From contig CBDFJF010000002.1 of the NCBI GenBank assembly GCA_965248265.1, positions 1,472,001 to 1,536,000 on the forward strand: a DNA stretch of 64,000 bases, in the 5' to 3' direction. A program made the translations under genes and the position numbers. How positions within the stretch are numbered: the first letter of the stretch is position 1; every line of letters starts with the position of its first letter. The notes under the pieces are model-generated. The model was given only the letters and a program-made list of their open reading frames with translations, ran no database searches and had not been told where the DNA came from. The stretch comes from Candidatus Latescibacterota bacterium (lineage in GTDB: Bacteria; Latescibacterota; UBA2968; UBA8231). Of this stretch, positions 48,436 to 57,467 are shown piece by piece.

Positions 48436-49572
48436 TTACTTCACAAATTCTCCGTCGGGATTCAGCAGGAAATCATAAATCGACTTGGCTACAACCCGAT
48501 TCCCCTCCGGGGTGTGGTGGCAGTGGTCGAAGAAGAGAGGCGTCGATGAGGCGTGGGCCTCACGCAATACGGGAAGCAAGTCGAGGAAGGGAACACCGAG
48601 CACTCCGGTGAGCTCCGTAAGTCGCCTCTGTGGATAGTCTTCGACGAACGCGGCTTCAACCTGAGCGCGGACAGGAAACCCCACGACACGGAGTTGAAAT
48701 CCGTTCTCATCCGCGAGACGCTTCATTTGCTCGAAGCAGGAAGATACGAGCGGCCAGGTGCGTGGACTCCAGGCGCCTCCCCAATCGCGGAACGCTCCGA
48801 GCACCTGATCATCGAACTGCCTCAAATCTTCGCGACCCCTATGACGTGAGGCGAGTTCAGCCTCGAATTCACTTCGGGCAGCTCGCGTGTCGAGGCGTCG
48901 CGAAACGGACGCCTTCACACGGTGGTAGGTCCACCACGTGTGCGAGGCGAGCCGACTCCCGTCAAGGGGGTAAGGCAGTGGTTTGATCCGAACCCCAGGG
49001 GACTCGTGAAAGTCGTTCAGATACCAGCAGACAATCACGACGTCAGGCTCTACGGAGATGCCCGTTTCCATCAGGACGGCGAGTTCATTCTCGATTCCAA
49101 TCGCTCCGATGCCGGCGTTGATGGTCTCCCACGCGAGGCCGTCAGATCGAGCCCTTTCTTCGACGACTCTCACGAAGGTTTCCGCTTCGGGCAAGTAGTC
49201 GCCGAAGGTGATCGAATCTCCGAGGAACAGGATACGGCTGCCACGCTTCTTTGCGATCTCACGGTTGCGGTAGCCTAGGCTGTTCGTTGAGATTTCGACT
49301 TTGCGGCCACTGAGCAGGTGATTTTCGATCGTGACCTGCGTGTTGGGACGGAGCCTGCCGCCGGTCGGCGTGTGCACGTAAATCGAAGATTGTCCAGGGT
49401 GGTTCGCGACGCTGTGTCGCGGTACAGGCGCCAACGGGTTGTAGCCCTGAGTTCTGACTCGGACGTGTAGAGGCTCGGGCAAGATAATCCGCGCCAGCCC
49501 TTCCGTGACGAGGAGAGATATCAGGACAGAGGCGCCGGCCAGTGTGAGCTTGTGGCGTGTTTCCTGTCTCAC
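48436..49572 (-). CDS. Membrane-anchored SGNH/GDSL hydrolase
   Basis: N-terminal TM, TNSLGYR, FLGDSITFG, INAG, YLND, DHCH (DxxH). Confidence 0.88.
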   Translation of the reverse strand: MRQETRHKLTLAGASVLISLLVTEGLARIILPEPLHVRVRTQGYNPLAPVPRHSVANHPGQSSIYVHTPTGGRLRPNTQVTIENHLLSGRKVEISTNSLGYRNREIAKKRGSRILFLGDSITFGDYLPEAETFVRVVEERARSDGLAWETINAGIGAIGIENELAVLMETGISVEPDVVIVCWYLNDFHESPGVRIKPLPYPLDGSRLASHTWWTYHRVKASVSRRLDTRAARSEFEAELASRHRGREDLRQFDDQVLGAFRDWGGAWSPRTWPLVSSCFEQMKRLADENGFQLRVVGFPVRAQVEAAFVEDYPQRRLTELTGVLGVPFLDLLPVLREAHASSTPLFFDHCHHTPEGNRVVAKSIYDFLLNPDGEFVK

Positions 49573-49807
49573 CTTGTCGCGTCTCGTTCCTCGCCCCCCG
49601 TCGTCGCGCCGTTCCAGAAGACGTCATTCGTCCCCGCGGCTCGTGGCCAAGTCGTGGGAGTCCCATTACCGTAGAATCTACATCAGAATCTGCATCGCCG
49701 TCGTCGGCAGCTCAGCAGTGGGCACCTGAATATGTTAAAGTAGAGTCACGACCGCTATTGATAAACTTACAACCCAATCCACCCAGATCGACAGCGGCAG
49801 CTCTTTC

Positions 49808-50345
49808 TTGACGACGGGGTGGTACTGGGGGTATACCACGCTGACGGAAGCCTCCCATTCCCTCTATGCCACTTCACCAGATGGGATCAATTGGGAGCGT
49901 TCCAATCTCGGACTCTTTGAGTGGAATGGCAGCAAAGCGAACAAAATCGCCTTCGACTCAGCTGATTGGAACCTCTCTCACGTAATTCGCGACGAGGGCG
50001 ACCCCGACCCACAGCTCCGCTACAAGGCGCTGTTCAGCGATGCGGCACACCTGATCGCCATCCCGGTTTTTCACCCGATGGTTTCGAGTAACTTTCCCGG
50101 ATGTGCTACCCATCCCGAGTCAGGAAACCTCCCAGCTCGCTCATGACCGGTCCGCCAATCGCTATCCGGCCACGGTGAAGCATCGGACCCAGTGGGGTCG
50201 ATCAGCGTGGTTAGTGGAGAGCACGGACTTCGTCCACTGGACCGATCCCGAACTGGTCATGCACTCCGACGAAATCGACCAGGAGAACCGGCGCGGACGG
50301 ATACAGGACGTCGTCGACGATCCGGCCTATCTGTCACCACAGCGG
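49808..50345 (+). pseudogene. Frameshifted, truncated remnant of a beta-propeller glycosidase-like gene
   Basis: YATSPDGINWERSNLGLFEWNGSKAN...DPDPQLRYKAL, then in other frames GFSPDGFE(stop) and GRSAWLVESTDFVHWTDPELV (S.D...W blade motifs). Confidence 0.65.
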
Positions 50346-50474
50346 CCAACGCCAGCACAAGCATTGGGGGGCTTCGTGGCCCTGTACATGCCACCTTCTA
50401 CGTTACGTAACTTCTCTTGTTCAAAGGAGTTAGATGCTATATCCTAATGGTTTACGAAGACGGGATAACGGACA

Positions 50475-51629
50475 ATGGCGGAAACAGACTCTGTAGAGTT
50501 ACACATTGGCACCCAAAAGCCACGCGGCAAATGGTGTACGGACGGCTCTATCGAGTTGTCGGAGCGTGATTTGCAGCCTGACGCTCGAGTTGGAGACAGG
50601 CTTGTAACGGCACCAGCCGGCGCGATTCGAGCCGGGATAAACACGCGCTCAGAGACCACCAGCACCGGCGAGGAATTTCACGCCACAACCGACGGAAACG
50701 TGCAAATCGACAAGAACGAGATAAGGATCGTGCCTCTTCTGGCCGTCGACACCGATATCGGATACGACACCGGCAATCTGGATTTTGAGGGGGATGTCTT
50801 CGTCAAGGGTGGCATCGGACGAGGATACTCAGTCAAGGCTGGTGGCAGTGTGGTCGTCGCCGGCAGCGTCGCCGAGGGATCATCGGTGATGGCAAAGGGC
50901 GATGTCATCGTGTGCCAAGGGATCGAAGGCCGCAAGACCAAGGTGATTGCCGTCGGTGACGTGCGCACACTGCACGTTTTGGAGGCGACCGTCCATTGCG
51001 CCGGCGACCTTACGGTCGGCAATCACGTCAAGGATGCCCATCTGCGCTGCGGCGGCCTGCTGACGGTCGACAAGGGCGAGGGCAATCTGGGTGGCAGCAT
51101 CGCCGGTGGGCAGTCCTGGGGCCGCAAAGGAGTGGAAGTGCACCAAGCGGGTAGTCCGACCGGAGCGTCGACGGCCCTGAATGCCGGTCTGCAGCCGGAC
51201 CAGGCCGGTCAACTCGACGCGCTGCAAAAGAAGATGAGCGAGCTCGGAAAGCAGATCGATCGGCACCTGTCACGCTTCCAACTGGAAGTCGTTGATGTGC
51301 CGCAGATTCAGAAAATGATAGCCGCCTCGACGGGGCCGCAGCGGAAGTTACTGGCGCGCGCAGCCAAGCAGCTGGGCGAATTATTGCAGATGAACCAGCG
51401 GCTACTAGATGAGCGTGGCGAGATCGAGAACAAGATGACCCGGTCGCTTTCGGGTGCCAAGATCAGGATAGCCGAGAAGGTGTACCCGGGCGTTGAGGTG
51501 CGTCTGGGTGACCACAAGCGGCGGCTGAAGGAAGCAGCGGAGGCGCTCTTGTTCTATGTGGAAGGCGAAGAACTGCGGGAAACGGCGCCAACCGGTGGCG
51601 GCAATTTGCAGACTGAGGCGGAGTCATGA
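50475..51629 (+). CDS. FapA/DUF342 family protein (short paralogue)
   Basis: DGSI, D.DIGYDTGNLDFEGDVFVKG.I..GYSVKAGG, GI.G....V.A.G, I.GG, coiled-coil insert, KVYPGVEVRLG. Confidence 0.88.
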   Translation: MAETDSVELHIGTQKPRGKWCTDGSIELSERDLQPDARVGDRLVTAPAGAIRAGINTRSETTSTGEEFHATTDGNVQIDKNEIRIVPLLAVDTDIGYDTGNLDFEGDVFVKGGIGRGYSVKAGGSVVVAGSVAEGSSVMAKGDVIVCQGIEGRKTKVIAVGDVRTLHVLEATVHCAGDLTVGNHVKDAHLRCGGLLTVDKGEGNLGGSIAGGQSWGRKGVEVHQAGSPTGASTALNAGLQPDQAGQLDALQKKMSELGKQIDRHLSRFQLEVVDVPQIQKMIAASTGPQRKLLARAAKQLGELLQMNQRLLDERGEIENKMTRSLSGAKIRIAEKVYPGVEVRLGDHKRRLKEAAEALLFYVEGEELRETAPTGGGNLQTEAES

Positions 51630-53080
51630 GAGTGGTTGCAGCCATGCTGTGGCTGTGCGCCGTCCTGCCAGCCGACAGTACGCAGCGACTGGTGTTTGCC
51701 GCTGCCCAGACAACGGACGCCTACGCTGCCGCAGCGGTTCTGGAAGAAGCGTACGGCCGCTTGGGAATCGACATCGAGGTCGATTATCTCCCCGGACTTA
51801 CCGCACTGACCCAGGCTAACGCGGGGATGTATGACGGTGACGTCCAGCGGGTCGCCGGCCTGGAGCGCCAGTACCACAACCTGGCTCAATTGTCGATCCC
51901 GGTGAACTACCTGCACGGCGCGGCTTTCTCGAAACGACGCGATGTGGTGGTTGCCGGATGGTATAGTCTGCGACCCTACCGAATAGGGATAGTCAGCGGA
52001 ATCAAGTTTGCAGAGGCAGGGACGCGCGGAATGGATGTGCGTGTCGGCGATTCGTACGTCGACCTGCTGGCATGGGTCGAGGCCGACCAGATCGACTTCG
52101 CGATCATGCCAGTCATCAACGGTCTTGTAGCCTTGAAGTCCCTCGAGGATTCTCGAATTCAGCAAGCCGGCGTCGTGCTCGAGACCTTGTTTCTCTACCA
52201 CTATGTCAACAAGAAGCACCAGGAACTCGTGCCGAGGCTAGAAAAAGTTTTGAACCAGATGTTGACGGAGCGGGCAACCAAGCGCATACGGGACGAGCTC
52301 TACGCAGATCTACTGGGCATCGAAGTAGCGGATCTGGAGCGCGCGGGGACTCCCTCTCGTCAGTCGGTCGACTCATCGGCTCCTATTGCTGCTCGTCAGC
52401 CAGGTAACGAATCTCGGCAGGGAGCCACCAAGCGTCTCGAATTCTCCACGAGCGCTGAGTCTCGTGAGACGGAAGCCGCTGCCGCGGTTCTGCGAGAGGC
52501 GTACCGACGGCTCGGTTACGAGATCGAGCTCCGCAAGTATGAGGGGCACTCCGGGTTGAGCCAGGCGAACGCAGGTTTGGTCGACGGAGAGCTCATGCGC
52601 ATCGATGGACTCAGCCGACGCTATGACAATCTGGTGCAGATTTCGATTCCATTGAACTACGCCCCCATGGTCGTGTTCGCGCGAGACGCAGACTTTAACG
52701 TCGGGGGCTGGAATAGCCTGCAACCGTACCGAATCGGAATTGTCCAAGGAGTTCTCCTGAGTGAACAGGGAACGCGCGGCATGGACACGCGCCCCGCCGA
52801 TTCGTTTGACCAACTGGTTCGATGGTTGGCCAACGGCAAGATCGATGTTGCCGTAACGCTGCGCGTGAGCGGTCTGATGACCCTGCGGGACTATCCTGAC
52901 TCCGGTGTCCGGGAGCTACCGGGTATGCTGGAAACGATATTTCTCTACCACTACCTGCATTCGAAAAACACCGGCCTCGTCCGTGACGTGGAGCGGGTGT
53001 TGAAGAGCATGCTCCTCGATGGCACGCTGAGGAATATTCACGAGCAATCATACGCCACTCTGCTCGGGACGAAATCCTGA
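51626..53080 (+). CDS. Tandem (two-domain) periplasmic solute-binding protein, family 3-like
   Basis: Signal peptide; two clearly homologous halves, each AAAAVL.EAY.RLG...QANAG..DG...W.SL.PYRIGIV.G...GTRGMD...LET.FLYHY. Confidence 0.85.
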   Translation: MRVVAAMLWLCAVLPADSTQRLVFAAAQTTDAYAAAAVLEEAYGRLGIDIEVDYLPGLTALTQANAGMYDGDVQRVAGLERQYHNLAQLSIPVNYLHGAAFSKRRDVVVAGWYSLRPYRIGIVSGIKFAEAGTRGMDVRVGDSYVDLLAWVEADQIDFAIMPVINGLVALKSLEDSRIQQAGVVLETLFLYHYVNKKHQELVPRLEKVLNQMLTERATKRIRDELYADLLGIEVADLERAGTPSRQSVDSSAPIAARQPGNESRQGATKRLEFSTSAESRETEAAAAVLREAYRRLGYEIELRKYEGHSGLSQANAGLVDGELMRIDGLSRRYDNLVQISIPLNYAPMVVFARDADFNVGGWNSLQPYRIGIVQGVLLSEQGTRGMDTRPADSFDQLVRWLANGKIDVAVTLRVSGLMTLRDYPDSGVRELPGMLETIFLYHYLHSKNTGLVRDVERVLKSMLLDGTLRNIHEQSYATLLGTKS

Positions 53081-53084
53081 CGCC

Positions 53085-56000
53085 ATGGAAAAGCCAGTAA
53101 CACAGGGCCAAATCCAGGTTCGCTCGATCGTCATATTGATCGCCGTTGTGTTGACGGTGACCGCGTGTGGTTTCTATGTGGTGTACCAACAAACGCTTGA
53201 GGGGCGCAAGGTGCAGCTGCAGGAGCTTGTTCGCTCTCAGGCGCGACTGATGGAAGCGGTCGGCAAGTTTGACGCCTTCTTCCACAGCGGCTTGGAAGCG
53301 GGCGCGAGCATGGCGGCCACTCTCAGCCAGTTCAAGGAGGCGCATCGCAAGTACACGGGCTTCGGTGAAACCGGCGAGCTGGTGCTGGGGCAAAGGAGAG
53401 AACATCAGATCGAGTTCCTGCTTCCGGTGCGAAGCCGCGACTTCCAGATTCCGCCTCCGGTACCATGGGACGGAGAGCTAGCAGGGCCGATGCGGTTGGC
53501 GCTTTCCGGCCAGTCAGGTGTGGTGGAAGCCCTCGACCACTCGTCGAACAACGTGTTGGCCGCCTACGAGTACCTCCCGTTTCTGGAACTAGGGCTCGTT
53601 GCCAAGATCGATAAGTCCGAGATCCTCACACCCTTCAAACGCGCGGCTGAGGCTTCAGGCATCATCGCCTTAATCGCCATAGGCATCGCGACGCTGCTCA
53701 ATGTTCGCAGCGTGGGACCATTGATCCGCAGTGTTACTGAGCGTGAACAGAACATTCGCACCCTCCTGGAGTCGACGCCGGACGGGATGGTGATCGTGGG
53801 CACCGATGGCCTGATCACGATGGTCAATGGCCGCACTGAAGTGTTGTTTGGGTACCATCGAACCGAGCTGATCGGTCAGCCCGTGGAGATGCTGGTGCCG
53901 GAGCGTTTCAAGGATCAACATCCCTCTCATCGGTCCGACTATCACGACCACCCAAGCTTGCGGGAAATGGGAGCAGGCATGGAACTCCTGGGATGCCGCA
54001 AGGATGGCAGCGAGTTTCCTGTCGAGATCAACCTGAGCCACATCAGCTCCGGCGGACAGACGCAGGTACTGTCAGTAGTCCGCGATATTACCGCTCGAAA
54101 GGAAGCAGAGAGAGAGCTTAAGAAGCTATCCCGTGCCGTTGAGGAGAGCCCGGCAGCCGTGTTCGTGACCGATCGCGACGGACGAATCGAATATGTCAAC
54201 AAGGTGTTCACCGACATCACTGGATATTCATTGGACGATGTCGTCGGCCAAAACCCGAGGCTGCTCAAATCCGGCGACCAGTCACCAGAGTTCTATCAGG
54301 AACTCTGGGACACGATCCTCGCCGGTCGGGCCTGGAGCGGGGAGATGGTCAACCACACCAAGGATGGGCACGACTTCTGGGCCAGTGAGCTAATTTCTCC
54401 ACTCACCGATGACGGTGAGGTGACCCACTTCGTCGCCGTTATGGAGGACATAAGCGCACGCAAGAAAGCAGAGGCACACGAGCACATTATCCACAGGGCC
54501 TCGCAGATGGCAGCAGAGACTGATTCGTTCGAGGCTTCCCTTCAGATGTGCGTCGATATCATCTGCGAGATGACCGGGTGGCCCGTCGGTCACGCCTACC
54601 TGGCCCCGAATGAGGAAACCGGCGGCGAGCGCCTGCAACCGACTGAAATCTGGCATTGTGACAGTCAGCGTCACGCCGAGTTCAAGGAAGTGACTGAGCG
54701 CACCGAATTTGCCAGTGGCGAGGGACTGCCCGGTCGCATCTGGGAATCGGGGGAGGCCGCCTGGGTCGTCGATGTTCAGAAAGACCCGAACTTTCCTCGC
54801 GCCAAACTGTGCGAAGAAATCGGTGTGTGCGGGGCTTTCGGATTCCCGATCAAGATTCGGGAAGAGACGGTCGCTATCCTCGAATTTTTCGCCGAGAGGG
54901 AGATGTCCTCCGACGAGGATCTGCTGCGAACGGTGGAAACAGTCGGGGAGCAGGTGGGGCGCGTGCTAGAGCGTCGCCGTGCGGAGAAGGCGATCAGGGA
55001 GAGCAAGAACTTCCTCCTCAGCGTCATCGACAACACTTCGGCGGCCATCTACGCCAAGGACCTGGATGGAGGGTACCTATTGGTCAACCGAACTCTGGCT
55101 GACATGGTCGGTGTTGAGCCGTCGGCAATGGTCGGCAGGACGCCCTTCGACTTTTTTCCGCCTGCTGTCGCCGAGCAGCATCTGGCCAACGACCGCCGAG
55201 TCGTCGAGGCAGGACAATCTTTGATCGAGGAGGAGCAAGCCGTCGTCGATGGGGTCGAGCGGACATTCCTCTCCATAAAGTTCCCGATCGTTGATTCGGG
55301 TGGTGATGTGAGCGCCATATGTGGCATGTCCACGGACATTTCAGAGCGCAAGCAAATGGAGCGGGATTTAGTGCTCGCCAAAGAGCAGGCCGAGTCCGCC
55401 ATGCAGGCGGCAGACGACGCCAATGCTTCCAAGAGCTTGTTCGTGGCCAATATGTCGCATGAGATCCGCACACCCATGAATGCGATCCTCGGGTTCTCGG
55501 AGATTCTTGGGGGGCTGGTTCGCGATGCACAGCAACGGCAATTCTTGGCGTCGATTCAGTCGAGCGGAAAATCCCTGCTGGGATTGATCAACGACATCCT
55601 GGACCTGTCCAAAGTGGAGGCAGGGAAGCTGGACCTCGATTACCGAGCTTTCGACGTCGCGGCTGTGTTTCGTGAGATGGAAGCCATATTTGCGCAGAAG
55701 ATCGCCGAGAAAGGGATTGACTTCGTCATCGAAATCGATCCGTCCGTGCCGAAGGCGCTGATACTGGATGAAACTCGTTTGCGGCAGATCCTGCTCAACA
55801 TCATCGGCAATGCGATCAAGTTCACGGACGAGGGTCACGTTGCACTGACCGCATTGAAGACGAATCCGGAGGCAGATGGCAGCAAGGTCGATCTCGTGTT
55901 TTCGATTCAGGACACCGGTGTCGGCATTCCCGAGGACCAGCAGGACAAGATCTTCGGGGCCTTCGAGCAGACGAAGGGGCAGAGCTACACCAAGTTCGGG

Positions 56001-56897
56001 GGCACCGGCCTCGGCCTGGCGATCACGAAGAGGCTGATCGAGATGATGAATGGCGACGTCACGGTGACGAGCCAACTCGGGGTGGGAAGCACCTTTCAGG
56101 TCGCGTTGCGAGGCGTGGATGTCGCTGCCATCGATGAACTGGCTGACGATGACGACCGTGCCAGTATTCAAGGGCTCGCGTTCGCCAGATCCAAGATCTT
56201 GCTCGTAGACGACATCGAGACCAACCGACAGCTGGTGTTGGCCTATCTACAGGAATATGACTTCGAAATGCTGGAGGCGACTAACGGTCAGGAAGCCGTT
56301 GATCAGGCAAAGAGGTATCATCCCGACCTTGTCTTGATGGATATGCGCATGCCGGTGATGAGCGGGTACGACGCTACTATCGCAATCAAAGATGATGACA
56401 AGACCAAGGATGTTCCAGTGGTGGCGTTGACCGCCTCTGTGATGAAGCACGACGAGGGCAAGGTTCGCGAGGTGTGCGACGGGTACCTGCACAAACCGGT
56501 GACCAAAGCACAGCTGGTCATGGAGTTGACGCGGTTCCTTCAACACACGCAGTCTGCGGCAGCGGCTGAGATGGCAGACCAGGTCTCCGCGGGCGCCCAG
56601 TGGGCACCGGAATCGCTGGACGACTCAGCGCGCGACAAAATTGGCGGGCTGGTGAAACAGCTTGAAGAACAACGTGCTGCGTGGGAGGATATCAGTGCCA
56701 CGCTGACGATCAATGACATCGAGGCATTCGCGGGGGGTATGCGGGAACGGGCCGCAGAGTTTGACTACCCACCTCTGCAGGAATGGGCACAGCGGCTGGC
56801 AGATCAAGCGAGCCAATTCGACCTGGCGGCGATGCCGGCAACGCTGGGGGAATTCCCCACCGTAATCGAGCAGGCCCAGAAGGTGGCGAAGGGATAG
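53085..56897 (+). CDS. Hybrid sensor kinase: TM/Cache-like-PAS-PAS-GAF-PAS-HisKA-HATPase-REC-helical tail
   Basis: Two TM segments, three PAS repeats, GAF (GEGLPGRIW), ANMSHEIRTPMNAILG, NIIGNAIKFT, DTGVGI, GGTGLGL, LVDD..DMRMP..KP. Confidence 0.93.
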   Translation: MEKPVTQGQIQVRSIVILIAVVLTVTACGFYVVYQQTLEGRKVQLQELVRSQARLMEAVGKFDAFFHSGLEAGASMAATLSQFKEAHRKYTGFGETGELVLGQRREHQIEFLLPVRSRDFQIPPPVPWDGELAGPMRLALSGQSGVVEALDHSSNNVLAAYEYLPFLELGLVAKIDKSEILTPFKRAAEASGIIALIAIGIATLLNVRSVGPLIRSVTEREQNIRTLLESTPDGMVIVGTDGLITMVNGRTEVLFGYHRTELIGQPVEMLVPERFKDQHPSHRSDYHDHPSLREMGAGMELLGCRKDGSEFPVEINLSHISSGGQTQVLSVVRDITARKEAERELKKLSRAVEESPAAVFVTDRDGRIEYVNKVFTDITGYSLDDVVGQNPRLLKSGDQSPEFYQELWDTILAGRAWSGEMVNHTKDGHDFWASELISPLTDDGEVTHFVAVMEDISARKKAEAHEHIIHRASQMAAETDSFEASLQMCVDIICEMTGWPVGHAYLAPNEETGGERLQPTEIWHCDSQRHAEFKEVTERTEFASGEGLPGRIWESGEAAWVVDVQKDPNFPRAKLCEEIGVCGAFGFPIKIREETVAILEFFAEREMSSDEDLLRTVETVGEQVGRVLERRRAEKAIRESKNFLLSVIDNTSAAIYAKDLDGGYLLVNRTLADMVGVEPSAMVGRTPFDFFPPAVAEQHLANDRRVVEAGQSLIEEEQAVVDGVERTFLSIKFPIVDSGGDVSAICGMSTDISERKQMERDLVLAKEQAESAMQAADDANASKSLFVANMSHEIRTPMNAILGFSEILGGLVRDAQQRQFLASIQSSGKSLLGLINDILDLSKVEAGKLDLDYRAFDVAAVFREMEAIFAQKIAEKGIDFVIEIDPSVPKALILDETRLRQILLNIIGNAIKFTDEGHVALTALKTNPEADGSKVDLVFSIQDTGVGIPEDQQDKIFGAFEQTKGQSYTKFGGTGLGLAITKRLIEMMNGDVTVTSQLGVGSTFQVALRGVDVAAIDELADDDDRASIQGLAFARSKILLVDDIETNRQLVLAYLQEYDFEMLEATNGQEAVDQAKRYHPDLVLMDMRMPVMSGYDATIAIKDDDKTKDVPVVALTASVMKHDEGKVREVCDGYLHKPVTKAQLVMELTRFLQHTQSAAAAEMADQVSAGAQWAPESLDDSARDKIGGLVKQLEEQRAAWEDISATLTINDIEAFAGGMRERAAEFDYPPLQEWAQRLADQASQFDLAAMPATLGEFPTVIEQAQKVAKG

Positions 56898-56901
56898 CCC
56901 C

Positions 56902-57330
56902 ATGAAACAATCAAACTGCGTCTACTGGCACGTCCCGCTCGGGAAGTGGTGTGCGATCGCAGCCATTTTCGCATTTCTGGCTGAGGCCGGGGCTCAAGAG
57001 GAATGGTTTCCGCACATGAAGGACGCCTACTGGCTGGCCGTCAACTACGGCATTGCCGATGAAGCCCAACGGCTGGGCGTGCGCATGGATTCGAAAGAAG
57101 CAGGGGGGTACGAAAACCTCGATGCCCAGATCGCCCAGGTACAGGAGTGTGCGACCGGCGGAGCGGACGGAGTGATTCTGGCCGCGATCTCGTACACCGG
57201 TTTGGACAGCATCGTAGCTGCTCTGGCCGAGCAGGGCATCCCTGTGGTGGACAATATCAACGGCATGGCGTCGGAACGCATTGCGGCCAAGTCTCTGGTC
57301 TCTTTTGGCGAGATGGGGTATAAGGCTGGA
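56902..57330 (+). pseudogene. torT: Truncated TorT-like periplasmic sensor protein
   Basis: FPHMKDAYWLAVNYG..EA.RLGV....EAGGY.NL..Q..Q..C...MGYKAG matches the TorT N-lobe. The C-lobe is absent. Confidence 0.75.
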
Positions 57331-57467
57331 CATGACTGTTTGCCCGTTGGCAATGGGGCGACCGTGTCGTCGACGCGGCTGGCATGTTCGACATGGTCGA
57401 GATATCGCGCAACCTGGTCTGCTACAGTGACGTCATCCACCAACTGGCAATGAAGGAGCGCGCATGA
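57331..57467 (+). pseudogene. C-terminal remnant of a third hybrid kinase
   Basis: An alternative frame reads QWGDRVVDAAGMFDMVEISRNLVCYSDVIHQLAMKERA*, aligning with the tails of both flanking kinases. Its TGA overlaps ATG 57464. Confidence 0.65.

Noticed and set aside
49673-49696. AGAATCTACATC/AGAATCTGCATC tandem duplication
   Set aside because: Only two imperfect copies in a degraded intergenic region; no function is supportable.
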